A DNA stretch of 18,546 nucleotides, from NCBI GenBank assembly GCA_964454175.1, contig CAYVSA010000040.1, forward strand, positions 1 to 18,546. Direction: 5' to 3'. Both the position numbers and the translations under genes were made by a program. Below are positions 1 through 7,425 of this stretch, piece after piece. Every line of letters begins with the position of its first letter. The first letter of the stretch is position 1. This DNA is from an uncultured Pseudomonadota bacterium (lineage in GTDB: Bacteria; BMS3Abin14). The notes beneath the pieces are model-generated. The model did no database searches. It was not told the origin of the DNA and saw only the letters and a list, made by a program, of their open reading frames with translations.

Positions 1-629
1 TACTCCCTGACTCCCCTGAATGTCTTCCTGTGGATAGGGCAGGGGCCGTGCTTTGAAATAGCATCACGATGTTTTTTTGTCGGATACCCGCGGTGGCTTG
101 AAAAGCCGTACTGTGGATAAATCTCGTGGTACTCGGCCATGATCCTGTCTCTTTCCACTTTGGCCAGGATGGATGCTGCTCCGATGCATCTGGAAAGCCT
201 GTCGCCGCCCTTCAGGCAGCGCAGCCTGCCGGTATCCCCCCTGATGACCGGCGAGTGCGGTCCATCAACCAGGATGAGGTCCGGTGCGGGGTCAAGGCCC
301 TCAACTGCTATCGCCATGGCTCTCATGGAAGCCTGCAGGATGTTGATCTCGTCGATAACACTGTGGCCCACACACGTTACGTTCCAGGCCAGAGCCTGAT
401 CAAGGACCCTTTCATAAAGTTCCTCCCTGATCGCCTGGCTGAATTTCTTGCTATCCAGGAGCAGGGGAAGATCGGTGTCTTCCGGGAGGATGACAGCCGC
501 TGCCAGGACGGGGCCCGCGAGGGGCCCGCGGCCGGCTTCGTCGACACCCGCAATAAAACAAAAGCCTTCCTTGCGGAAGGCTTCGTCAACTGGAACATGG
601 TCAGAGAAGCTGTTGTCACTACAGGACAT
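1..629 (-). CDS. rnhB: Ribonuclease HII (3' end runs off the window edge)
   Basis: Absent from the ORF track because there is no stop in the window. Manual translation from the ATG at 629 gives MSCSDNSFSDHVPVDEAFRKEGFCFIAGVDEAGRGPLAGPVLAAAVIL...HGPCPIHRKTFRGVRE. The GVDEAGRGPLAGPV and HRxTF motifs are diagnostic, and the position after rplS is canonical. Confidence 0.96.
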   Translation of the reverse strand, partial: MSCSDNSFSDHVPVDEAFRKEGFCFIAGVDEAGRGPLAGPVLAAAVILPEDTDLPLLLDSKKFSQAIREELYERVLDQALAWNVTCVGHSVIDEINILQASMRAMAIAVEGLDPAPDLILVDGPHSPVIRGDTGRLRCLKGGDRLSRCIGAASILAKVERDRIMAEYHEIYPQYGFSSHRGYPTKKHRDAISKHGPCPIHRKTFRGVRE

Positions 630-637
630 GGATCGAC

Positions 638-985
638 CTAATACTGTCTCTTCTCCCTGATACGTGCTTTTCTGCCTTTGAGCTCCCTGAGATAATAAAG
701 CTTGCTCCTTCGGATGCGGCCAAGCCTGGTCACCTCGATCTTGTCCACCTTCGGAGAGTGGAGCGGGAACACTCTCTCGATGCCAACACCGGCAGTAACT
801 TTCCTGACGGTGATTGAAGATCTTAAACTAGCTCTTCTCCTGGCAATGACGACACCCTCATAGATCTGCACTCTCTCCTTGTCGCCCTCAGTGATCTTGT
901 AATAGACTTTCACTGTGGCGCCGATGGGGGTGTCGGGGATGTCTCGTTTCATGTGCTCCTTCTCATACATCTCTAGTATGTTCAT
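638..985 (-). CDS. rplS: 50S ribosomal protein L19
   Basis: 115 aa with motifs ERVQIYEGVVI, TVRKVTAGVGIERVFPLHSP and RRSKLYYLR; follows trmD. Confidence 0.98.
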   Translation of the reverse strand: MNILEMYEKEHMKRDIPDTPIGATVKVYYKITEGDKERVQIYEGVVIARRRASLRSSITVRKVTAGVGIERVFPLHSPKVDKIEVTRLGRIRRSKLYYLRELKGRKARIREKRQY

Positions 986-1016
986 TGTGCTAAACCCTTT
1001 CCTGGGTGTACTTATG

Positions 1017-1138
1017 CGGCTTCAATAAGGGACCATCTGCTTCGTTATCGGCCCTTGGAAATCCTCGAAGTATGTCCCATATACGTCTCCGGTTTCCTCT
1101 GACCTGCTGCCTCGTATCTGAACCCTTCTTGCGAGCCT
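1017..1138 (-). repeat. Diverged single copy of a ~120-bp structured palindromic repeat in the rplS leader
   Basis: Aligns end to end with 2852-2971 (~70% identity by manual alignment). Shared blocks are CGGCT, CATCTrCTTCGTTATCG, AATCCTC, TCCGGTT, CCTGCTGCCTCGTATCT and CGAGCC. Confidence 0.9.
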
Positions 1139-1177
1139 ATAGTTAAAAAACTCAGAACACCAGCTATTGGCTGCAGT

Positions 1178-1205
1178 ATTATAATTATATTTCGATGTAT
1201 GGCAA
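1178..1205 (-). promoter_or_regulatory. Putative sigma70 promoter for rplS-rnhB
   Basis: Minus strand reads TTGCCA-N16-TATAAT in the AT-rich trmD-rplS spacer. Confidence 0.6.
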
Positions 1206-1223
1206 GTCATTTCCCAAAAATAA

Positions 1224-1964
1224 TTATTTTTCTGGTTCGGGCGCGTATCCCAGCGTTGCGAGATACTGGAGATCCTCTTCACTGAGGTCTGCCTTATCAA
1301 GGAGGTCAGGCCGCTTCTCGAAGGTTCTTTCCAGGGAGCGGTCCCTCCTCCAGCGGTCGATCACGGCATGGTTCCCGGAAGTCAGTACTTCCGGCACAGC
1401 CATATCCCTGAAGTTCTCGGGTCTTGTGAACTGGGGGTACTCGAGCAGCCCGTCTGAAAAACTCTCGTCTTCGCAGGACCTCTCGTCTCCCAGGACACCC
1501 GGTATAAGTCTGGACACTGCATCAATGATCACCAGTGCAGCGTACTCCCCACCGGAGATGATGAAGTCTCCTATGGAGACCTCCCGGACGTCCAGACCTT
1601 TGATGATCCGTTCGTCGACTCCCTCGTACCTTCCGCAGACCAGGACGACCTCCTCGAATGAAGCAAGCTCCTTTGCCATGTCGTGGTTGAAAACCTCACC
1701 CTGGGGGCTGAGGAGGATGACAGGAGTTCCGGAAGCCGTTTCAAGGGATTCAGCGGCAGCAAACAGCGGCTCGGGCTTCATGACCATTCCGGGACCGCCG
1801 CCATATGGGTAATCGTCAACTGTTCTGTGTTTGTCTCTGGCAAAATTTCTGATATCTACGATGTTTGTCTGGATAATTCCCCTGTCCAGGGCCTTTCCCA
1901 GCAAACTGTGTTTCAGTGAATCTGAGAGTATTTCCGGGAAAATAGTCAGAACGTGATATTTCAT
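1224..1964 (-). CDS. trmD: tRNA (guanine37-N1)-methyltransferase
   Basis: Motifs VDDYPYGGGPGMVM, LSPQG, CGRYEGVDER, SIGDFIISGGE and LLEYPQFTRP; downstream of rimM. Confidence 0.98.
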   Translation of the reverse strand: MKYHVLTIFPEILSDSLKHSLLGKALDRGIIQTNIVDIRNFARDKHRTVDDYPYGGGPGMVMKPEPLFAAAESLETASGTPVILLSPQGEVFNHDMAKELASFEEVVLVCGRYEGVDERIIKGLDVREVSIGDFIISGGEYAALVIIDAVSRLIPGVLGDERSCEDESFSDGLLEYPQFTRPENFRDMAVPEVLTSGNHAVIDRWRRDRSLERTFEKRPDLLDKADLSEEDLQYLATLGYAPEPEK

Positions 1965-1965
1965 A

Positions 1966-2475
1966 TTAGAGATCCAGGAGCCCCGGCAGATCGAGAAGGT
2001 TCAGTATCCCCCGTTCAAGGTCAACCTCTCCCACAGCATCCGGAGAAAAAGGAATAAGAAATTCTCCCCTATCGCCCCTGCACACGAGGACAGGCGATCC
2101 GCCCGTGTCCATTATCTCCTCGATCATTCCGAGAGGGGTGCCTTCGTGGTCGAATACAGAAAGGCCCACCAGATCGTGCAGGAAGTACTCTCCTTCCTTT
2201 AGCGGTGCCAGCTCATTCACGGGAAGGCACACCTCGACATTCCTCAGCTTTTCTGCGTTCTCAACGTCGTCAACACCTTCTATCTTCATGAATGGTGTTT
2301 CCCTGTACAGCCTCGTTCTCTCAACTTTAACCGGCCTGCTGCCCCTGAGTCCCAGAAAAACCCTCTTAGCGCCCATGAGCGTTTCCAGATGATCTGTTTC
2401 CGGGCGAAGGCGCACCTCGCCCTTCAGTCCATGAGGCCGCAGGATCACAGCTATTATGAATAGGTCTTGTGGCAT
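1966..2475 (-). CDS. rimM: 16S rRNA processing protein RimM
   Basis: Motifs RPHGLKGEV, EGEYFLHDLVGL and FLIPF (PRC barrel); lies between rpsP and trmD. ATG at 2475 chosen; an upstream TTG at 2499 is an alternative start. Confidence 0.95.
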   Translation of the reverse strand: MPQDLFIIAVILRPHGLKGEVRLRPETDHLETLMGAKRVFLGLRGSRPVKVERTRLYRETPFMKIEGVDDVENAEKLRNVEVCLPVNELAPLKEGEYFLHDLVGLSVFDHEGTPLGMIEEIMDTGGSPVLVCRGDRGEFLIPFSPDAVGEVDLERGILNLLDLPGLLDL

Positions 2476-2549
2476 GATTTCTTGCCTGGCCTGAGGCAAA
2501 TCTCTTACTGGAAGGGCCGGATGGGGTCGGAGTTCGGTCCGGGGCGGTA

Positions 2550-2831
2550 TCAGGCGCTGACTGATGCCGTATTTTCCTCGTGAAATTTCTTCATCAGACC
2601 GATCTTGGAAAGAAGGCTCCTCACCGTGTCAGATGGCTTGGCGCCCTTCCTCAGCCACTCGAGGATTTTTTCTTCCTCGAGATTGATCTCGACCGGGTCC
2701 TTTTTGGGGTCGTATGTGCCGACGAGTTCAATAAAGCGCCCGTCTCGCGGGAACTTGGAGTCGGCTACTACTACACGGTAGAAAGGCTGCTTTTTTTTGC
2801 CCATTCGTCTTAATCTTATTACTGTCGCCAA
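2550..2831 (-). CDS. rpsP: 30S ribosomal protein S16
   Basis: Motif [31 protein letters not shown]. Start moved to the TTG at 2831, which has AGGAGG (2845-2840) 8 nt upstream; the track start at 2861 lies inside the repeat. Confidence 0.97.
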   Translation of the reverse strand: MATVIRLRRMGKKKQPFYRVVVADSKFPRDGRFIELVGTYDPKKDPVEINLEEEKILEWLRKGAKPSDTVRSLLSKIGLMKKFHEENTASVSA

Positions 2832-2851
2832 ACTCTCTTCCTCCTGGTATT

Positions 2852-3156
2852 CGGCTGCCACAGCACAGCATCTACTTCGTTATCGACCTTCGGCAATCCT
2901 CAGTGTATTAAATATACGCTTCCGGTTGCCTCAGGCCTGCTGCCTCGTATCTACTGCACTCTGTCGAGCCGTTTTCCATTAATTGCGGCTGCCACAGCAC
3001 AGCATCTACTTCGTTATCGACCTTCGGCAATCCTCAGTGTATTAAATATACGCTTCCGGTTGCCTCAGGCCTGCTGCCTCGTATCTACTGCACTCTGTCG
3101 AGCCGTTTTCCATTAATTGCGGCTGCCACAGCACAGCATCTACTTCGTTATCGACC
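2852..3156 (-). repeat. Tandem array: two full and one truncated identical 134-bp units (120-bp palindromic element plus 14-bp linker)
   Basis: Units start at 2852, 2986 and 3120. Each element is bounded by CGGCT...AGCCG and has a central hairpin GGCAATC-CTC-AGTGTAT-TAAAT-ATACGCT-TCC-GGTTGCC. Linker is TTTTCCATTAATTG. Confidence 0.97.
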
Positions 3157-3190
3157 GTCCTTAATTGTTATGTCTCTCAAATATTCCGGG

Positions 3191-3218
3191 ACAACCTTCA
3201 ACTTTCAACATTAAACTG
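3191..3218. repeat. Degenerate 7-bp tandem array (ACAACCT TCAACTT TCAACAT TAAACTG)
   Basis: Read directly; same family as 4709-4736 (inverted) and 4764-4777. Confidence 0.65.
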
Positions 3219-3234
3219 TTTAGATGAACACGCT

Positions 3235-3263
3235 TTACTACACTTTTATCTCTTTTTCGTCAA
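3235..3263 (-). promoter_or_regulatory. Possible sigma70 promoter for rpsP-rimM-trmD
   Basis: Minus strand reads TTGACG-N17-TAGTAA in an AT-rich region; the -10 box is imperfect. Confidence 0.4.
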
Positions 3264-3292
3264 ATATTTAAATCAGTTGTTCTATTTTATCA

Positions 3293-3321
3293 CCTGGAAC
3301 CTGGAACTTGGAACCTGGAAC
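3293..3321. repeat. 7-bp tandem repeat (CYTGGAA)x4 just downstream of the ffh stop
   Basis: CCTGGAA CCTGGAA CTTGGAA CCTGGAA C, read directly. Confidence 0.85.
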
Positions 3322-3324
3322 TCG

Positions 3325-4647
3325 TTAAAAGGGTAACCGTCCAAGGGGCCCCTTCCCTTTTCCCATTCTCTTCATCATCTTTTTAGTTTCGGCGAACCGT
3401 TTGAGGAGGCGGTTTACCTCAGTCACTGTAGTTCCCGAGCCGCCTGATATCCTCTTCCTCCTGCTGCCGTTAATGATCTTTGGATTTCTTCTTTCGGCCG
3501 GGGTCATGCTGTCTATTATGGCTGTGATGCGAACCAGCTCATTTTCGTCCAGCTGGGAGGGCATGGCCTTCTTCATCTTGCCGGGCAAAGGTATCATGGA
3601 CATCATTTCCTGCAGGGAGCCCATATTCCTCAACTTTGAGAGCTGGTCCCGGAAGTCTTCCAGGTCGAATTCACCGCGGACCTGCTTCCTGAGTGTTTTT
3701 TCAGCTTCCTTTTCATCAAGTGTTTTCTGTGCCCGGTCGATCAGTGTGAGGACATCGCCCATGCCCAGGATCCTGGAGGCCATCCGTTCCGGGTGGAACG
3801 GCTCCAGACCATCATAACTTTCGCCGGTCCCCGCAAACTTGATGGGGACCCCAGTTACTTTTCGCATGGAGAGGGCTGCCCCTCCCCTTGCATCGCCGTC
3901 AAGCTTGGTAAGTATTATGCCAGTCAGTACCAGCTTTTCATGGAACACTTCGGCTACTTTGACGGCATCCTGACCGGTCATGGCATCAGCCACGAGGAGG
4001 GTTTCGTGAGGATGAATGATGCCGGAGAGTCGCTGCACCTCTTCCATAAGATCGTCATCTACGTGGAGCCTTCCGGCCGTGTCTATTATGACCGTGTCAG
4101 CTCCTGATCTGCCGGCTTCAACCGCAGCTTCGCGATACACACCCTCGGGTACAGTTCCCTGCTGAGGGACAAACGCCGGGACTCCCGCGCTTCCTGCTGC
4201 CTGGATGAGTTGATCAACTGCCGCGGGCCTGCTCATGTCCGCAGGAATAAGGTAGGGTCTCTGGCCCTGTTCTTTCAAATAGAGGGCGAGCTTAACAGCT
4301 GTGGTAGTTTTTCCGGAGCCCTGGAGCCCGACAAGCATTATGCGGGTTGGCGGTACCGACGCCCGGTCCAGAGAGACCCTTGCCCCACCGAGGATCTCCC
4401 CCATTTCTTCGCGGACTATTTTAATGACCTGCTGTGCTGGAGTGAGGCTTTCCAGCACTTCACTGCCGGATGACCGCTCCCTTATCTGTGCAACAAAGTC
4501 CTTCACGACTTTGAAGTTGACATCGGCTTCCAAAAGGGCTAGCCTGACCTCCCTGAGGGTGGAGTCGAGGTCTTTTTCGGTTAACCGCCCTCTATTTTTG
4601 AGTCTTTTGAAGATGGTTTCGAGTTTGTCGGACAGATCCTGAAACAT
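3325..4647 (-). CDS. ffh: Signal recognition particle protein Ffh (SRP54)
   Basis: Motifs [16 protein letters not shown] (P-loop), [19 protein letters not shown] and M-domain IIDSMT..ER..P..I..SR..RI..GSG. Start set at MFQDL (4647); ATGs at 4653 and 4671 are alternatives. Confidence 0.98.
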   Translation of the reverse strand: MFQDLSDKLETIFKRLKNRGRLTEKDLDSTLREVRLALLEADVNFKVVKDFVAQIRERSSGSEVLESLTPAQQVIKIVREEMGEILGGARVSLDRASVPPTRIMLVGLQGSGKTTTAVKLALYLKEQGQRPYLIPADMSRPAAVDQLIQAAGSAGVPAFVPQQGTVPEGVYREAAVEAGRSGADTVIIDTAGRLHVDDDLMEEVQRLSGIIHPHETLLVADAMTGQDAVKVAEVFHEKLVLTGIILTKLDGDARGGAALSMRKVTGVPIKFAGTGESYDGLEPFHPERMASRILGMGDVLTLIDRAQKTLDEKEAEKTLRKQVRGEFDLEDFRDQLSKLRNMGSLQEMMSMIPLPGKMKKAMPSQLDENELVRITAIIDSMTPAERRNPKIINGSRRKRISGGSGTTVTEVNRLLKRFAETKKMMKRMGKGKGPLGRLPF

Positions 4648-4708
4648 GGCCATGACCACAGGTTTTACCATCCATTAAGTGTTTTTTGAAGTATGTTGTT
4701 TTTTTTTG

Positions 4709-4777
4709 GTTGAAAGTTTAATGTTTAATGTTGGAAACACGGGGATATAAAACAAGCAATTTGTCAACTTTCAACCT
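4709..4777. repeat. Inverted pair of 7-bp arrays in the ffh/rnfA divergent spacer
   Basis: GTTGAAA GTTTAAT GTTTAAT GTTGGAA (4709-4736) and TCAACTT TCAACCT (4764-4777). An 11-bp perfect inverted match links 4708-4718 with 4766-4776. Confidence 0.6.
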
Positions 4778-4933
4778 TGATAGTGTCGTAAAAAGTCCAC
4801 GAGTGGCTTTTTACTCCTCGGAAAGCGAAAAGTGTCATTTTCCCTTTCCTCTCGAATCAACAACTTGCGCTGCAAGTAATTGATTCGGGCGTCCTTTAAA
4901 GGACGCATTGATGACTTTTTACGAAGTCATCAA
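4777..4933. mobile_element. 157-bp MITE/REP-like non-autonomous element
   Basis: 21-bp terminal inverted repeats, TTGATAGTGTCGTAAAAAGTC and GACTTTTTACGAAGTCATCAA (17/21 match). Direct repeat TCAACCTT at 4771-4778 and 4930-4937. Several internal hairpins and no ORF. Confidence 0.75.
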
Positions 4934-4951
4934 CCTTAAACTGAGAAATTC

Positions 4952-5530
4952 ATGAACGAAGTTTTCCTTATCATAATCAGCACGGTTTTCGTCAACAACT
5001 TCGTGCTGGCCAGGTTCCTCGGCCTGTGCCCGTTCATGGGCGTTTCCAAACGGATAGAGACCGCCACCGGGATGGGCATGGCTGTTGTCTTCGTCATGAC
5101 GGTTGCTTCGACCGTAACGTGGCTCATCCAGACCTTCATCCTGGTTCCCTTTACCCTGCAGTACCTCCAGACGATCATGTTCATCCTGGTTATCGCTTCC
5201 CTCGTACAGTTCGTCGAGATGTTCATCAGGAAGATCAGTCCTACACTATATCAATCACTGGGGATATTCCTTCCCCTTATCACGACAAACTGCGCCGTTC
5301 TGGGTGTGGCACTTCTTACGGTCCAGACAGGTCTCGGTTTTTTCCAGACGATAACATTTGCCTTCGGGTCCTCTCTGGGATTCACCCTGGCCCTCGTGCT
5401 CATGGCTGGGATACGAGAACGGCTCGAGATGGCGGACATCCCCAGACCCTTTAAGGGAACGGCCTCGGCATTCATCACCGCCGGGATACTTTCCCTTGCG
5501 TTCATGGGTTTTTCCGGAATGGTGAAATAA
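4952..5530 (+). CDS. rnfA: Rnf/Rsx electron transport complex subunit A
   Basis: 192-aa hydrophobic protein with [35 protein letters not shown] and AGIRERL. Confidence 0.95.
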   Translation: MNEVFLIIISTVFVNNFVLARFLGLCPFMGVSKRIETATGMGMAVVFVMTVASTVTWLIQTFILVPFTLQYLQTIMFILVIASLVQFVEMFIRKISPTLYQSLGIFLPLITTNCAVLGVALLTVQTGLGFFQTITFAFGSSLGFTLALVLMAGIRERLEMADIPRPFKGTASAFITAGILSLAFMGFSGMVK

Positions 5531-5536
5531 ACCGAG

Positions 5537-6547
5537 ATGATCTCTGCAGTCGCTTCAATCACAGGCTTGGGTTTCATAGCTGCCTTCGGTCTTGGTATCG
5601 CTTCTAAAAAATTCCACGTAGAGATCGATCCCCGCCTTGAGACTCTGGAAACCATGCTCCCGGGACTCAACTGCGGAGCCTGCGGTTTCCCGGGCTGCCC
5701 GGGCTTTGCCGAAGGTCTGCTGGAAGGTAAAGTGGAACCGACAGACTGCGGCCCCGGTGGTGAGGATGTCGCTAAACAAGTGGCAGAGTTCCTGGGGCTC
5801 GAAGTCTCAGGGGTCGTGAGGAAGATAGCAGTTCTCAAGTGCGGCGGGGGGACCAGCTGCGCTGAGACCGAGGCCGAGTACGAGGGTGTCCATGACTGCC
5901 GTGCGGCAGTCCTCCTCGGCGGCGGCGGAAAAGCCTGCAGGTATTCGTGTGTTGGTTACTCTACCTGCGAGAAAGTATGTCCCTTCGACGCGATTAAAAT
6001 GAACGACGAGGCCCTGCCTGATATCGACCCCGAACTGTGCACAGCCTGCAACAAGTGTGTCGTCGCTTGTCCCCGGGACGTTCTGGTACTGGAGCCTGCC
6101 AAACATCAGGTTATAGTCAGATGCAGTTCTCCACAGCCAGGCGCGGCGGTCAAGAAGGTCTGCAGCGTCGGCTGTATTGGGTGCGGTATTTGCAGTAAAG
6201 TCTGTCCCGTCGATGCGATCACCCAGGATGAGAACCTTGCATTTATTGACCCTGCAACCTGTATCGACTGCGGGATCTGTGCCACTAAATGTCCCACAGA
6301 TTCCATTACCGACGACCTGATCCCCCACACGACTGTTGTTATCTCAGATGCATGCAACGGCTGCGGGATCTGTGCCAGGATCTGTCCTTTCGAGGCAGCC
6401 CAGGGCGAGCCGAAAGAACTTCACAGCATTGACCCCCTGCGATGCACAGGGTGCGGTCTTTGTCCACCCCGGTGTCCCAAGGATGCCATCAGCTTCCAAG
6501 GCCCAAAGGCTGTAACCATCGAAGAGTCAACCCGTACTGCTAACTAA
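5537..6547 (+). CDS. rnfB: Rnf complex subunit B, long polyferredoxin form
   Basis: N-terminal membrane anchor, FeS domain LPGLNCGACGFPGC...CGPGG, then multiple CxxCxxCxxxCP motifs; directly follows rnfA. Confidence 0.93.
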   Translation: MISAVASITGLGFIAAFGLGIASKKFHVEIDPRLETLETMLPGLNCGACGFPGCPGFAEGLLEGKVEPTDCGPGGEDVAKQVAEFLGLEVSGVVRKIAVLKCGGGTSCAETEAEYEGVHDCRAAVLLGGGGKACRYSCVGYSTCEKVCPFDAIKMNDEALPDIDPELCTACNKCVVACPRDVLVLEPAKHQVIVRCSSPQPGAAVKKVCSVGCIGCGICSKVCPVDAITQDENLAFIDPATCIDCGICATKCPTDSITDDLIPHTTVVISDACNGCGICARICPFEAAQGEPKELHSIDPLRCTGCGLCPPRCPKDAISFQGPKAVTIEESTRTAN

Positions 6548-6586
6548 CCAGACAGTACGGTAAATATTTTCCATGGAGAGAGTTTG

Positions 6587-7405
6587 ATGGACCTGGTCTT
6601 CTTTTTTGGTGCCCTTGTATTCCTGCTGCTTTCCACGATCCATTATCTTTTATATCTCGTTTATCAGAATCCAATGGTTCCCAGAGTAGCAAGGTACTCC
6701 CTTTATTTTGCCTTTGGCCTGCAGGTGGCCTTTTTCGTTGCCCGATTCAGCAGGGGTGGTATTCCCCTGGGCACGAACATGTATGAATCCCTCGTGTTTT
6801 TTTCATGGTGTCTTGTGGTCACCTATCTCCTCATAACTGTTAAATACCCTGCACCGGTGCTGGGTGCTTTCGTGGTACCTGTTGCGCTTATAATGGCAGC
6901 CGCCTCTGCAACACTGCCGGATAAGGGGATCACTGTTCTGCCTCCCGCTCTGAAGAGTTACTGGCTTCCCTTCCACGTAACCTTCAGCTTTATGGGAGAT
7001 GCACTGTTCGCGGTGGCCTGCGCATCAGGCATTATGTATCTCATGCAGGAAAAACAGCTGAAGACCAAGAAGCCGGGGGCCCTCTACTATCGTTTGCCAA
7101 GCCTTAATGTGCTTGACCAGATAAACTACCGCGCTCTTACGATAGGTTTCCCGCTGCTGACTCTCGGTATCATTACCGGCTCCATCTGGGCCCAGTACGC
7201 GTGGGGTGCCTACTGGAGCTGGGACCCCAAGGAAACGTGGTCCCTGATCACCTGGATGATCTACGCCGCACTGCTGCATGCGCGTTTCACTGTTGGGTGG
7301 CGCGGCAGAAGGGCCGCCTACATATCCATCATTGGTTTTACTGCAGTGCTTTTCACTTTCCTCGGAGTAAACCTCTTTTTAAGTGGTCTCCACTCCTACA
7401 ACTGA
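6587..7405 (+). CDS. ccsA: System II cytochrome c biogenesis protein CcsA/ResC (WWD-domain heme transporter/synthase)
   Basis: Multi-TM protein with WWD motif [24 protein letters not shown], and histidines in WLPFH, LLHAR and GLHSY. GGAG ribosome site upstream. Confidence 0.93.
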   Translation: MDLVFFFGALVFLLLSTIHYLLYLVYQNPMVPRVARYSLYFAFGLQVAFFVARFSRGGIPLGTNMYESLVFFSWCLVVTYLLITVKYPAPVLGAFVVPVALIMAAASATLPDKGITVLPPALKSYWLPFHVTFSFMGDALFAVACASGIMYLMQEKQLKTKKPGALYYRLPSLNVLDQINYRALTIGFPLLTLGIITGSIWAQYAWGAYWSWDPKETWSLITWMIYAALLHARFTVGWRGRRAAYISIIGFTAVLFTFLGVNLFLSGLHSYN

Positions 7406-7425
7406 CGGCAGATGCGTTTTTCTCA

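Noticed and set aside
126-660. Plus-strand ORFs 126-641, 139-399 and 448-660, and minus-strand ORF 377-619
   Set aside because: Shadows of rnhB, which the track missed because its stop is outside the window.
1022-1300. 92-aa minus-strand ORF (and the 61-aa plus-strand ORF at 2797-2982) as small genes
   Set aside because: They overlap trmD or rpsP and run through the repeat element; no recognisable motif or ribosome site.
2514-2547. Terminator between rpsP and rimM
   Set aside because: The stem relies on G-U pairs that form only on the non-transcribed strand, and there is no U-tract.
2852-3156. CRISPR array
   Set aside because: Units are 134 bp and fully identical, with no unique spacers and no cas genes nearby.
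4741-4767. sigma70 promoter for ffh (TTGACA at 4767-4762, minus strand)
   Set aside because: The -35 is perfect, but the only TA-rich candidates lie 12-14 nt away and there is no acceptable -10 at 16-18 nt.
7201-7425. 75-aa N-terminal extension of HemA
   Set aside because: It overlaps the conserved C-terminus of ccsA in another frame; HemA homology starts at ATG 7426.
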